A stretch of 64,000 nucleotides of DNA from a virus: the IMG/VR virus record IMGVR_UViG_3300036945_000847, positions 5,486 to 69,485 of that record. The stretch is one strand, 5' to 3'. The translations under genes and the position numbers were made by a program. This document shows positions 1 through 11,400 of the stretch, piece by piece. The notes under the pieces are model-generated. The model saw only the letters and a program-made list of their open reading frames with translations, was not told the DNA's origin and made no database searches. The stretch's first letter is position 1; every line of letters begins with the position of its first letter.

Positions 1-33
1 ATAGATTGCCTCTCTTGGATACGGGGGTCGTGT

Positions 34-291
34 TTAGAAACATTCAAGAGCTTGAGCCTTAACCAAAATGGTCATAGTCTCGTTCTCCTTGATGAATGAT
101 TTAAGTACTTCAGTATCAGTGGGATCTAAGTCCAAAGATTCTCCATTGTACATTTTGTTTGCCCAATGCCAGAACTTGAGAGCATCTCCCTTTCCAGACT
201 GAATTAGTGTTTGAGCGACAATCTTGCCGATGTTTGTGTCTGCGATTTCCTTTCCGTCTAGACCAAGTAAATTTTTATTTAAGTTTATCAT
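34..291 (-). CDS. small hypothetical protein at end of tail-fibre cluster
   Basis: 85-aa ORF translationally coupled (ATGA overlap) to the upstream 288..560 gene. Confidence 0.6.
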   Translation of the reverse strand: MINLNKNLLGLDGKEIADTNIGKIVAQTLIQSGKGDALKFWHWANKMYNGESLDLDPTDTEVLKSFIKENETMTILVKAQALECF

Positions 292-560
292 AAAATTGTA
301 AAGTCTAATTTATTACAAGCCCAATCTGTAACGTAAGAATCGTCCGAGCCCCAAGCAGAATACTCTTCTTGGTTCATTGTTAAGTTGCCATCCATCAACG
401 GAGTGCTTGGGATTTTAACTCCGTCTTCGTCTTCGGCCTCAGATAAAATCTGCCAATAGAAAGTTACAGAACTAGGATTCATAGGGAAGTTCAATGCGAG
501 AATATTGAAGTATTTCGCAGTCCCTTTAGTTGGTACTATGATGTCTTGTATTTTAATCAT
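288..560 (-). CDS. tail-fibre-associated small protein (assembly/chaperone-like)
   Basis: 90 aa with GNLTM..EEYSAWGSDDSYV..W pattern seen in small genes following fibre genes; own TAACTTCG box 4 nt upstream of the ATG. Confidence 0.55.
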   Translation of the reverse strand: MIKIQDIIVPTKGTAKYFNILALNFPMNPSSVTFYWQILSEAEDEDGVKIPSTPLMDGNLTMNQEEYSAWGSDDSYVTDWACNKLDFTIL

Positions 561-569
561 GTGGCGAAG

Positions 570-1103
570 TTACAAAACATTTACGATAATTCCATTTTGT
601 ATATCTAAAGTTTGTTGTCCAGGAGGATTCATAACAACTGTAAAAGATCCTGTATAACCACTTCCACCAGCCGAACCATTTGCTGCGGCAGTAATTCTAC
701 CCTTGCTGTCGACAGTGATATTGGCATTTGTGTAAGCACCAGCCGTTACGCCTGTGTTTGCTAAAGTAGTTGTAATTGCTGTAGCACCCGAACCCGTTAC
801 ATCCCCGGAAAGAGTTATAGTTTGGTTTCCACTAACGGGAGTGAAGCCTAGAGCAGTAGTAACATCACTACCACTCAAGGTTATTGCTCCAACTCTTGTA
901 TTAAAACTAGTTACTAAATTGGCTGTACTGAGGCCCAAAGTAACATCACCAGTTCCCGAATCAACACCCGTGCTATTAATAGTCAAAGGCGAATTTACAA
1001 ATATTCTAGCGGTCAATGCTTGACCTGTAGTAGTAGTATTAATATCTACTCTACGAATTGATCCGTCTTCGATTAATGTAGTTGGTATCTGAGTTCTAGC
1101 CAT
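570..1103 (-). CDS. short tail fibre-like protein
   Basis: Thr/Gly-rich; [15 protein letters not shown] and [18 protein letters not shown] fibre-shaft repeats shared with 1106..2800. Confidence 0.65.
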   Translation of the reverse strand: MARTQIPTTLIEDGSIRRVDINTTTTGQALTARIFVNSPLTINSTGVDSGTGDVTLGLSTANLVTSFNTRVGAITLSGSDVTTALGFTPVSGNQTITLSGDVTGSGATAITTTLANTGVTAGAYTNANITVDSKGRITAAANGSAGGSGYTGSFTVVMNPPGQQTLDIQNGIIVNVL

Positions 1104-1105
1104 AG

Positions 1106-2800
1106 TTATGGTTTCAAGTAATTTATTTTGATTTTATCCGTTGCCACCGGAGCAAATAAGAAAGTAATTATCAAGGGTGTATAAGCAACCGTATAATCAT
1201 TACCTGCTCCAGACTCCATCAATACTCCATTTAAGAAAACTTGCTCAGAACCATTAATAGCGGCCGAAGAACAAGTAAATACTGTAGATGCTCCATTAGG
1301 AACTGGACTTGGTGTTTCTCTTATTGTATAGTTAGCACTATTCATTGTTCCAGATGGCAAGTCACTTGTTGATAAAGTAGTACCAGAAGTCACACGACCT
1401 TTAGCATCTGTTGTTACTTTAGTGTAAGTACCAGCAGTTCCTACAGAAGCAAGAGTTACGCTTATTGAAGTTGTTCCACTTCCAGTTACATCATTGCTTA
1501 ACGTAATTGTTTGGTTTCCAGTAATGTAAGTATTAGTATCTAAAGACCAAGTATTCAAAGCAGTCTTTTTCAAAAATCCTGAAGCACCGCCTAAACCAGC
1601 AATTGCATCCAAATCAGCATCCCACTCTTGTACATTCGTACCGATAGTAAGTCCTAAAGTATTACGAGCAGTTGTAGCATCTACATCATCCAACAAAGAA
1701 CGACCAAAGGCCGTTAAAGCAGACATTGCAAAAGTATCTACACCTGTAGCGTAAATCAACTGATCAGCAATCGTAGCCAAGCCAGCAAGCGCAGTCAAAG
1801 TTGAATCAAGTCCTTGCTTACCATTCAACTGAGTTTGTATAGCAGAAGTTACTCCATTCACATATCCGATTTCAGTTGCTGTGGTGGTCGCTACTACTAC
1901 TTTGCCAGAAGCATCTGAGACCAATGCTCTATTCAAAGTCAAGTTAGAAGTAGTAATCGTTGAAGCACCTCCCGTGATGGCTGATTGAGCACGAGCATTT
2001 GTAAAGAATAAATTAGTACTGCCTTCTACTAAATTATCAGTTGTACCAGCAACCGCAGAAGTAATACGTCCATACAAATCTACTGTAAATCTATTATAAG
2101 TTCCAGCAGTTACACCCGTAGTTGCTAAATCAATATTGTCGGCATTGACAACAATACGAGAAGAAGATGCAGTTCCTACATCAAAAGTAATACCAGTTTT
2201 ACTTAAACCTGCTCCTGCCACATAGTCAGCGGCTCCAGAGAATTGGTTAAATACAATTGATGTTGAACCGATTGTAATAGGACCAGGTGTACTCTGAGTC
2301 CAACCCGTTGCTTGCAAAGTAGTTCCTACATTTACAAAGTAGAAAGCGTTTACTAATTCCGTACCCGTATCAGAATCTGTTGAGCGACTCCAAGCACCGG
2401 CTGAAACATCATATACACCATTCTGAGTAGTTGTGCTTTGGTTCTTTACAAGTACCCGATCGCCCGCAATAACGGCAATACCATCAATAGTTTGTGTACC
2501 GCTTAATGTAATATTGGCAGTTGTTGCTACACGCACAGAAGTTTTAACGCTCAAACCTTGAGCAACCGAGTCTACATATGCTTTAGTTGCGGCATCTGTT
2601 GTTGTTGTAGGAGCACCTAAGTTTGTTATTCTAAAACCACCCAAAGATTGGTCGGCTATAAAGGCTACACTTCCATCTTTTTTCACGAAATTCGCACCAT
2701 CGGCCAATTTAGAACTGGCGATAGCCGCAGAGGCATCGATGTCAGCGTTCACAATTGTGAGGGCATCGAGTTGGGATTTTTTGATTTTAGTTATGGCCAT
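1106..2800 (-). CDS. tail fibre protein
   Basis: [29 protein letters not shown] fibre domain, GTY..VT.D.KGRVT repeats, C-terminal [11 protein letters not shown] module. Confidence 0.75.
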   Translation of the reverse strand: MAITKIKKSQLDALTIVNADIDASAAIASSKLADGANFVKKDGSVAFIADQSLGGFRITNLGAPTTTTDAATKAYVDSVAQGLSVKTSVRVATTANITLSGTQTIDGIAVIAGDRVLVKNQSTTTQNGVYDVSAGAWSRSTDSDTGTELVNAFYFVNVGTTLQATGWTQSTPGPITIGSTSIVFNQFSGAADYVAGAGLSKTGITFDVGTASSSRIVVNADNIDLATTGVTAGTYNRFTVDLYGRITSAVAGTTDNLVEGSTNLFFTNARAQSAITGGASTITTSNLTLNRALVSDASGKVVVATTTATEIGYVNGVTSAIQTQLNGKQGLDSTLTALAGLATIADQLIYATGVDTFAMSALTAFGRSLLDDVDATTARNTLGLTIGTNVQEWDADLDAIAGLGGASGFLKKTALNTWSLDTNTYITGNQTITLSNDVTGSGTTSISVTLASVGTAGTYTKVTTDAKGRVTSGTTLSTSDLPSGTMNSANYTIRETPSPVPNGASTVFTCSSAAINGSEQVFLNGVLMESGAGNDYTVAYTPLIITFLFAPVATDKIKINYLKP

Positions 2801-2805
2801 GATGT

Positions 2806-5800
2806 TTATATTTGATATTCAATTATTAATTGGTCTGTAGCAAAAGGAGCAGCTGCAAATGTGATTTGGTTTGTTCCTGTTTCTATGTAATCGTATCCTA
2901 CTCCACGAGTTAATCTCTGACCATTAAGGTAAACTCTCGTTGTGGTAGAAATAAAGGTTGCACTAGTCGTAAAGACTACGTTAGAGCCATTCTTTACGCC
3001 TATTATATTTGGATCGTAATCTATTTTGAACTGAATCGCAATCGGAGCAGTTCCATAGGTCATCAACCCCGTAGAAGAATTATAATAGACTACGCTGTCT
3101 GTAAATGCATTTGCTAGAGTTGCAGTAACTGCTCCTTGTACTCGTGCTGTTCCGTTAACGTCTAAACGATAACCTGCGTCTGTGAATGTTCCTCCGTTTT
3201 GTAGGGTAAGGTTTCCTGTTGTTCTAAAAATAGAAAAGTATTTTGTAGACTCACTTGTTATATCGTAACTAGTTGAAGTTATAGTATTAGCCCATCTTGC
3301 AGCTCCTCTTTTTGTATAATTTATTATTAAATCTGTTGCATTGCTTGCACTAGAAAATTCAATTTTACCACCTCCTGTGTAATCTCCTAATTCAGACCCT
3401 ATCTTTATTTTACCAGTTCCATAATATAATTGTATATCAGTACTTCCCTTAATAGTTGGTGAATTAGCACCAAGCCTTATTGCATAATTTGTTACCCCTG
3501 TAAAAGCACCATTAGTAAATGTTGGTGCAATATCCAATCCCACTAATACATCGTTATTTGCTGCTGCTACAAGTGTATTGTTTAAATATGTTCCTCTTGC
3601 TATTGCAGAGGCTGCGGTGATTGATCCTGTAACTTGGAATTTGGCTGTAGTGGTTGTAGTGCCTATTGACAGACTACCATTTAAATAGTTTTGAGCAGTA
3701 CCATCCATATAGAGATTCCATCGGTTAGTACCTGCAGGTATTTGTCCTTTAAATCCATAGTTAGTGGTAGCACCTATAAGATTTGAATTTACTTGAAATC
3801 CTGTTTGTGTTGAAACTGTCGAACCTGCCCCAAATGTACCTTGTGAAGTGCTATAATAAACTAAATTATTTAAAGTAAAAGATGCTGCAGCAGTTGCTGA
3901 TACAACTTGATGATATAATGCTTGAGAAGTTACATCTGATTGAATTGTTCCTTCATTAGCAATACCATAAGAAGTAGTTGCTCCTGTAATATTTTTTTGA
4001 ACTCTTAAATTATATCCTGTTAAACTCGTTGTACCAATACCTAAAGCACCATTTAAGTAGTTATTAGCAGTACCACCTGCATAAATATTATATTTACCTG
4101 TACCCGAACTAATTTGTAGATTTACTGCTCTTGTTATAGTAGAAGCAGAAACATCAGCAATGTTTAATCCGTAAAAATTGGTTATATTATTTGAAGGTAT
4201 ATGAGCTGATTCAAAAACAATATAATTTGTATATGAATTTGTATTTGCTATTGGTCCAGTAGCACCTCCAGCATATAATACAACACTATTAAAATTTCCT
4301 GTTCCTGCTGTTAATGCTCGCCAAACAGTTGTATTTTCTGTAGCAGTTCCATTATTTATTACATAACCTTGATTTATATTAAAACCATTTGTTGTTGCAA
4401 TACTTCTTGTTGTTATAATTCTATTGTCAAACGCAGAAAAGCCAGCAGTAGTAAAAGCATCGTCATTAAAGTTCCACGTATTTCTACTAACTATACCCCA
4501 GCCATTTGCACTACCTGCAACATTAAATGTTTGCCCTAAAAATGTGTTACCTGCAGGAAGCACTTTAGTGGAACCACCACTTATAAACCCACTGATATTA
4601 GTGTCAGAACCTATATTTACAAGTGTACCACTATCTGAAATATTACTATTACCTATTGTAGATGCAGCAGTAAATTTAGGAATATAGTTTGTTGAACCTG
4701 TTCCACCAACAGGGTTAGCAGGTATTGCACTTGTTAAAGCCAAAGTTCCTGTTGCACCTGGTAGGGTATAAGTATAAGTTCCATTAGTTATCGTTGAACC
4801 TAGTGTTAATACTCCACTAACTCTTGCAGTTCCTTGTACATCTAAACGATAACCTGCGTCTGTGAATGTTCCTCCGTTTTGAAGTACTAAGTTTCCTGTA
4901 CTATATAAACGAGCAATTTCAGTACTTCCGCCTGTAAACCATCTAAACTGAGCTCCAGTGGTTGGTTGTAAATAGAATCTGGAATCTGTTCCGTTTACAG
5001 TCATCCAGTTACTTCCGCTAAATCTTATAATACCATTCGCTGATTGAAAATTTACTACACCAGTTCCTCCTATTCTAACGTCTTGAGTTGTTACCCCCGT
5101 AAACGCACCATTTGTAAATGTAGGATTGATGTCTAGTCCTACCAATACGTCATTGTTTGCTGCTGCTACTAAGGTCTGATTAAAATAAGAACCCCTTGCA
5201 ATTGCTCCACTTGCTGTTACACTTTGGTTTGCTGTTATTCCCCCTACAGTAATAAAATTAGTAGTGGTATTCCCTGCTGTGGTTACTTGTGCTAGGGTAG
5301 GGACTGTGACTAAAGGAGTACCTCCGAAGATGGTAGATATGCTTTTGTTCTTCCAAAGAGCACTTGAAGTTTCGTAAACTACAAGATCGTTGTTTGCTTC
5401 AGAAGTTAGAAGAACTCCGTGTAACTCATCAAACTCGTAACCATTCTGAATCGAGATAACCAAACGACCTTGAGTGGGGTGAGCCCTAGCAACATAGCCG
5501 ATAAATACTGTATGATTAGGTTCAGCAGGAACTGTACTTGTAAATGCTCCAGCCGTAGTAGCAGATAACCAAACAGCATCTCCAGCCGTAAAAGCCGAAG
5601 TATCTAAATCATGAAGAGTTCCGTTTGTTGCTACGTATCCATCAGAGTTATTTGCAATATTTGCTACAACTATACCTATGGTTTTAGAGGATGTAGCCTC
5701 AGTATGTGCTTGAGATAAAACCGCATTAGGTCTATTTCCTGTTGCTCCACTCAAGTAGACTACTTGCCCTTTAGTTAAAGTAACACCCGTGCTATTTCTT

Positions 5801-6147
5801 ACTATAATCTGAATGGTCTCAGCACTATCTACAACTCCGTCATTATCAACATCGTATGTAGCTTTGAGCATATCCCCACCACCACCAGCAGCAGGAGTTT
5901 GATTCTCCCATTGTAAACTGGTAGAGTTATAGGTTAGTACTTGTGCGTTGGCAGGGGCACTGATTGTTACATCGTCTAGTCCATTTAAATCTGTTGCCCC
6001 AAACGCAACCAATCGTAAATTTTCAACAATTTTACGCAAGCGGACGGCCTTGTCCCTATACGCTTGGTCACGAGTTTTTTTATAGTTTAAGTCAGCCTCA
6101 TTGGCAGACTTTAATAGTTCGGATGCTATAACGTCTAATGCTGCCAT
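2806..6147 (-). CDS. long tail fibre / receptor-binding protein
   Basis: 1113 aa, Gly/Thr/Asn-rich, duplicated internal modules (TLVAAANNDVLVGLDI.PTFTNGAFTGVT x2; NGGTFTDAGYRLDV.GTARV x2), C-terminal RVYLNGQRL..G.DY module. Confidence 0.75.
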   Translation of the reverse strand: MAALDVIASELLKSANEADLNYKKTRDQAYRDKAVRLRKIVENLRLVAFGATDLNGLDDVTISAPANAQVLTYNSTSLQWENQTPAAGGGGDMLKATYDVDNDGVVDSAETIQIIVRNSTGVTLTKGQVVYLSGATGNRPNAVLSQAHTEATSSKTIGIVVANIANNSDGYVATNGTLHDLDTSAFTAGDAVWLSATTAGAFTSTVPAEPNHTVFIGYVARAHPTQGRLVISIQNGYEFDELHGVLLTSEANNDLVVYETSSALWKNKSISTIFGGTPLVTVPTLAQVTTAGNTTTNFITVGGITANQSVTASGAIARGSYFNQTLVAAANNDVLVGLDINPTFTNGAFTGVTTQDVRIGGTGVVNFQSANGIIRFSGSNWMTVNGTDSRFYLQPTTGAQFRWFTGGSTEIARLYSTGNLVLQNGGTFTDAGYRLDVQGTARVSGVLTLGSTITNGTYTYTLPGATGTLALTSAIPANPVGGTGSTNYIPKFTAASTIGNSNISDSGTLVNIGSDTNISGFISGGSTKVLPAGNTFLGQTFNVAGSANGWGIVSRNTWNFNDDAFTTAGFSAFDNRIITTRSIATTNGFNINQGYVINNGTATENTTVWRALTAGTGNFNSVVLYAGGATGPIANTNSYTNYIVFESAHIPSNNITNFYGLNIADVSASTITRAVNLQISSGTGKYNIYAGGTANNYLNGALGIGTTSLTGYNLRVQKNITGATTSYGIANEGTIQSDVTSQALYHQVVSATAAASFTLNNLVYYSTSQGTFGAGSTVSTQTGFQVNSNLIGATTNYGFKGQIPAGTNRWNLYMDGTAQNYLNGSLSIGTTTTTAKFQVTGSITAASAIARGTYLNNTLVAAANNDVLVGLDIAPTFTNGAFTGVTNYAIRLGANSPTIKGSTDIQLYYGTGKIKIGSELGDYTGGGKIEFSSASNATDLIINYTKRGAARWANTITSTSYDITSESTKYFSIFRTTGNLTLQNGGTFTDAGYRLDVNGTARVQGAVTATLANAFTDSVVYYNSSTGLMTYGTAPIAIQFKIDYDPNIIGVKNGSNVVFTTSATFISTTTRVYLNGQRLTRGVGYDYIETGTNQITFAAAPFATDQLIIEYQI

Positions 6148-6161
6148 CTGAGACCCAAAAT

Positions 6162-6746
6162 TTAGGCGATATCCTTACTTTCGATAACGGTATATGTAAA
6201 AGAGTTACCTTGTAACTTGGCGGCTTTCTTGCAATGTTGCATAAACACATCAAAGTCCTTCACTCGCTTGAACACGGTACAACCATGAGACCAGTGGTCA
6301 ATCCAAGTCGAATCTCGACCAGCCTTATGAATATTGATTCCGTAAACACCTTCGGTAATCTTACTCTCATCATAATTCATATCCTTGTTGGCATCACGAT
6401 AAACCTTCACATTGGCTTTCTGCTTCAATGCTTCGTACTTACCTTGGTGCAATCCAACGTAGTGAGAACCGGGGTATTGACCAGGAACGATGCGAGCAGT
6501 ACCCGTACCATTGTTTCCCTCAGCCATCGGTGCTTTTCCTGGATCGAGAGTAGCACTCCAAATAAAGGACTGCCATACACCATTCACTTTAAAGGAGATA
6601 GACAACCAATCGTCAAACACATTGGTAACTTTCTTACTGGGGGCGTTATTACGTATTCCGACCACGTTCATATTGTAATCGCCATTTTCAAAGTACTTAT
6701 ACCCTTTGGCCTTTATAGCATTCTCAATCTGTTCTCTTGTAAACAT
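6162..6746 (-). CDS. putative lysin with L,D-transpeptidase-like active site
   Basis: GINIH...WSHGC His/Cys motif resembling YkuD-type L,D-transpeptidases; located in the late module. Confidence 0.5.
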   Translation of the reverse strand: MFTREQIENAIKAKGYKYFENGDYNMNVVGIRNNAPSKKVTNVFDDWLSISFKVNGVWQSFIWSATLDPGKAPMAEGNNGTGTARIVPGQYPGSHYVGLHQGKYEALKQKANVKVYRDANKDMNYDESKITEGVYGINIHKAGRDSTWIDHWSHGCTVFKRVKDFDVFMQHCKKAAKLQGNSFTYTVIESKDIA

Positions 6747-7888
6747 TATCTTCCTAATGAATTTAAAAATGTTTTAACTAGGGTGCTTAATGTATCGCAC
6801 TCAGCATCGGTCAAACCATATCCAACGGTAAAGAAACCGAAAGAACGGGTTGTTCCATCTTGTGTTGTATTATCTGCGTTGATTGCACCCATATAAAGGT
6901 CTAAGTTCGGGATGGGACTTACTATACGATTTGACGTATAAGCTCCCAACTCTACTGCCTCTCTCCTCATTCTCAAATCATTCTGAGCCTTGGTAGTAGT
7001 GATGTAATAACCTTGGTTACCACCATCTAAGAAATCGTAAACTACAACACGACCTGCAAGACCACCTTGGGCCCACATATCGGTAAAGTAGTTCTGTCCT
7101 ACACCATCGAATACAAAGGTCATTCGATCGTCTCCACCAGGGACTGTATAATCTTGGATTGCGCCCCAAGCGATGTTTCTAGCCACCGTATTTGCATCAG
7201 GAGTATAGAATGATACGTGAACATCAACAATTTGAGAATATCCCAAACTAGCAAAGTTCAAATTCAAATCTCCGAAGCCATTGGTTGTACCATCAAAGTC
7301 TACACCTTTCGTAACTGAAGAACTGCCTGAGCCCCAACCTATCTGATGCTTTGCGATATTAACCAAATTGTAAGTTTTGGCAGTCAAATCAGCACCAACA
7401 AAAGGATAAATTACATGAAATTTACTCCATAAACCAGCAGCTTTGATAGCTTTTACTAACTTATCTAATTCATCAATTTCCAACAAACTTTTAGTCTTAT
7501 TGGCAACCACAAACTTCTTAACATCGACATCTAAATCGTCAAAGTTATCGATGATTTCCAAACCTTTTGACGTACCCAAAAAGGCAGCAATTTCAGCATC
7601 GCTTATCACACAATCTGCACAATTCTTGGAGAATCTGTTTGCAATACTGATTAGTTTGTCTTGATCCGTATCTTCATTACAAGCAATATTTTCAAGGGCG
7701 AATTTCAAAAACAAACCCTTCTTGATATTCGACTCATATGATTTACAAGGCATATCGTACTTCATCTCGGCATATTGTTCCTCAATGAGCGTACAGATAG
7801 CCTTATCTACGGCTAAATATGCTTTAATGTATTGTTCTGTTGTATATTTAACAGCCACAGCCCCTGCGAATTGAAGATGAACAACCAT
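6746..7888 (-). CDS. virion structural protein (Cys-rich N-terminus, lectin-like C-terminus)
   Basis: 380-aa ORF in late operon; start codon uncertain. Confidence 0.5.
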   Translation of the reverse strand: MVVHLQFAGAVAVKYTTEQYIKAYLAVDKAICTLIEEQYAEMKYDMPCKSYESNIKKGLFLKFALENIACNEDTDQDKLISIANRFSKNCADCVISDAEIAAFLGTSKGLEIIDNFDDLDVDVKKFVVANKTKSLLEIDELDKLVKAIKAAGLWSKFHVIYPFVGADLTAKTYNLVNIAKHQIGWGSGSSSVTKGVDFDGTTNGFGDLNLNFASLGYSQIVDVHVSFYTPDANTVARNIAWGAIQDYTVPGGDDRMTFVFDGVGQNYFTDMWAQGGLAGRVVVYDFLDGGNQGYYITTTKAQNDLRMRREAVELGAYTSNRIVSPIPNLDLYMGAINADNTTQDGTTRSFGFFTVGYGLTDAECDTLSTLVKTFLNSLGR

Positions 7889-8387
7889 TCAGAGCATCAT
7901 TAATGTCTGCATAGATTTCTTCTGCAAGAACGTATTCCTCACACTCCATCACTTGCAACATCTTATCGTAAAGCATCTTTAACTCGGCATAGTCATTACA
8001 ACTCATATCGCCCAATGCCAACTTACCTAAAGCACACTTAATACTAGCGTCACGATAAGTATAGGTTGTTATTACTTCGCTATTTGCACCAACTGTGAAG
8101 GTTGTTACAAACTTCCAAATGCCATCAACTAAAGTCAATGTAGAGGCGATATCTTGAGAGCGAATTATATCATTGTCAAAATCGCCACCAGTCATTGTAA
8201 TTGTTACAGCCGTACCATCGGGACTAGTAGCGACAGTGCTAATAGCAGTTAAAGCAGAACGTGCTTCGTTCGGAGACCCCCAACCTTTGGGGTTAGTCAC
8301 CGCATTATAGTCACCAGTAGAATCGATAATAATCAATTTACCGGTAGAATGAGTAAAGGTTACTATTGGATCTACACTTAATGCCAT
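7848..8387 (-). CDS. virion structural protein (tail hub-like)
   Basis: 179 aa, Cys-rich C-terminus (..GCGC); TATCTTTG promoter box directly upstream. Confidence 0.5.
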   Translation of the reverse strand: MALSVDPIVTFTHSTGKLIIIDSTGDYNAVTNPKGWGSPNEARSALTAISTVATSPDGTAVTITMTGGDFDNDIIRSQDIASTLTLVDGIWKFVTTFTVGANSEVITTYTYRDASIKCALGKLALGDMSCNDYAELKMLYDKMLQVMECEEYVLAEEIYADINDALNGCSSSIRRGCGC

Positions 8388-8410
8388 ATATCAAAGATAC
8401 AAAAAATGAT

Positions 8411-11400
8411 TTATTTTCCCCCTATGCCTATGAGTTTTTCGTAGTCGCCCTCGTTCAGAACACCCTTTCTCTTCATTTCCATAAGTAGAAAGCGCTCACG
8501 ATTTTTGTAATCATTCTCATAATCCAAGTTAGCAGCACTTCTCGCTTCTGAATACAGAGAGAAGAAGTTTTCTATCTCCTCTTGGGCCAGCAACAAGTCA
8601 CCATTTCTAATATAGGATTGAACCTTACCGATGACACCGTTGTCTACAGCATTGCTAACTTCTTGCATAGCGTAGAATTTCTGTAAACCTCTCTTCTTAA
8701 GCTCTTCACGATACATAGCCAAAGGCAAAGAGTAAGTAGCAGAATACTTCTGTCTGATTTGACTTACAGATTGCTGTTGTCTTGTGTCCTCACTAGAGAA
8801 AGTAAACTCATTCTTTTTAGCATCGGTTACCAACTTAAGCAAATTCATCTTTTCTCCGTCTACTTCGTATACATATTCTGAGCCCGTAAGTTCAGCATAA
8901 GCCAAAGCCAAATTGACCAAGGTAGTATGAATATTCATGGACCTTCTGTACAATTCTTTTTGCTCTTCTACTTGCTTAGTAGTCAATGTAAAACCACCTT
9001 TGTAAACTCTAGATGAGAATGGATTTACCATGGTTTCCAAGTAGGCTTGCGCTGTTCCAGGTTCAGATGTAGTTGTTCTGTACTGCATTTCTTCACCAAA
9101 TGGGCCAATCTGTGCTTCATAATATTCATTCTTAGCCAAGAAGGATACGTTACGATTCAACTTCTGAATTGTATTGGCAAATATTTTACCGACTGAGTTT
9201 GGTAACACTCCATATACACCTTTTTGCATACTTGGTTCGTATTGAGGTTGCAACTGACTAAGACTTTGAATCAATTCTGCATTTCCTTTGCTGATAACAG
9301 ACAAAACAGATGGCGAGAATACAGATAAAGAAGCAGCAGTTGTTCCCGAGGCCCAGTTACTAAATTTGTAACCTTTCTCATCTGTGAACGCTTGATAAAT
9401 TCTAGTTGTACCCTGCAACATTGGAAGTTGTTTTGCACCACTAGTAAGTAACTCGCCAAACAATAGTCCGCCCAAACCATAACTAATCGCTTTCAATTTG
9501 TTCTTAGATTCCATTAACTCTCCTCTGTACGCACCATATGCAGAACTATAAGAACCCAAGGCATAACCGCTGATACCCATATTACCAAAACTATTTATTT
9601 GATCTCCGGGTTTAACCGCACCGCCTCTTCGAATTGCAAAGTTATCTACGGGTTTACCAGAAAGTACAGCTTTCAAATATTCCATGTGAATAGTTCTGTT
9701 ATATGTTCCAGCCTTAAGGTTTGCCGCTGGGTACAATTTATCCTTCTCTTCCCCTGGTTCAGATGAAGCAATTACAGCACCCGCAAGAACCGCTGTTGTA
9801 GCAAATGCAGCCACACCAAACGATACCTCAATCTGAGCGAAATCATAAGTTACTTGGCGCTTCAATTTAACCAACTCCATCTTATCTTTTTCGTAAGCCT
9901 TCTTTTGGGCCTCGGTTGCAAACTTCTTAACAGCCTTTGGGTATTTCTTATCGAATTCATTTTGCTTTTTATCGTAGGCTCTCTGAGACCCATAATAAAT
10001 CGTCAATGCAGCGGGAGGGAAACTCTTCTGAGTTGCAACATACACCACGTTCGCAGGAACCTTCGCAAAAGGAACAACGCTCCAAGCAACAACATCTGCT
10101 GTTTGTAAAGCTCTGAATTTCAAAGAAGTCATCAAATCGAACTTATCATTTCTCTGAATTTCTCTATATGTTTCTTTGATTCCTCCACGAATATTTTTTC
10201 TAATTGAACCGACACCTTTGGCGAACATATTATCACCCAAGAATACTTTTTTCAAACCTTCTTTTTCAAAAGGATTGTCTCCCTCTAGACCAAAGTCAAC
10301 GATGGACAACAATTTCTTAAGAGTATTACGATCGAGCGTCAAATCTCTGTCGGCAATGTAATCTTCAATAAAACCACCCGTGGCATCTCCATTTGCAGTA
10401 TTCTTGAAGTAATCAATCAACGCTCTAGTTGTGTAAGAGTTAGCAAATGCTTTATCGCCTCCTAAAGACATCAAACGACCCGTAACTTCTGTAGCTTGTG
10501 GAGCAAGAGTCCAACCCCAGAATAAACTAGTCAACAATTTGTATGTCTTACCATCGGCAAGTTTCAAATCACCATTTTTGGTTTTATAAATAATTTGATT
10601 AAAGGCATCGGCATACTCTTCATCTGTCATTTCCCACAACTTTTTACCATCAACTTTACCGAAGATAGAACCTAACATCTTGTAAGCCAAGTGAGTATCT
10701 TTGAAGAAGTTTACTTGAGCCAAACCATCGTAGAATTTCTCAATGTAATTAGGATCGCTTTCAAATCCATACTTCAACATCTCTGCCATGTCAGCCAACG
10801 TTTTATCTTTTGAAATAGCAACTGCGTTTGCCCAGTTGGTCAAACTCAAAGTATCTGATTTCACACCACCAATCGCAGCGTCATATGCTTTTCTTGTACC
10901 AGCAACAATAAAATTCTGATTGAACAAAGCATTCTCCACGTTCGAAAGAATAGAAAGTCCAACAGTCTGAATTCCCAAAAGTGCTCGGCTACCACCGGAT
11001 GTTAATCTATCATTCCAAAACTTAGGTTTGAAATTATCTAGGAATTTCATCAATCCCCTTGCGGAATTTCTCAATTCTTTTTCGGCTTTCTTTGCAGCAT
11101 CATAATCTTGGTCAGAAAATGACTCAACAAAAGTGGCAGCAGCAGCATCCAAAGCATCTTTGCTTTGATTCAGTTGGGTAGTCAATCTTTCCAACTCCGC
11201 CTTTTGCTTTTCAGTAAGAGCAATACCCGCTCTTTCCAAACTTTTGGCAATCATTGAACCCATTTTCTTAGGGAACAAATTTCTGCCCAACTGCAACATG
11301 AAACCAGCATTAGATAAAAGCGCACTGAAGGTCACTAGACCGTCTCTCAACTCCTCTTGGGTAGTCACACCCTCCAACTCCTTACGCATTGCAACAGCGG

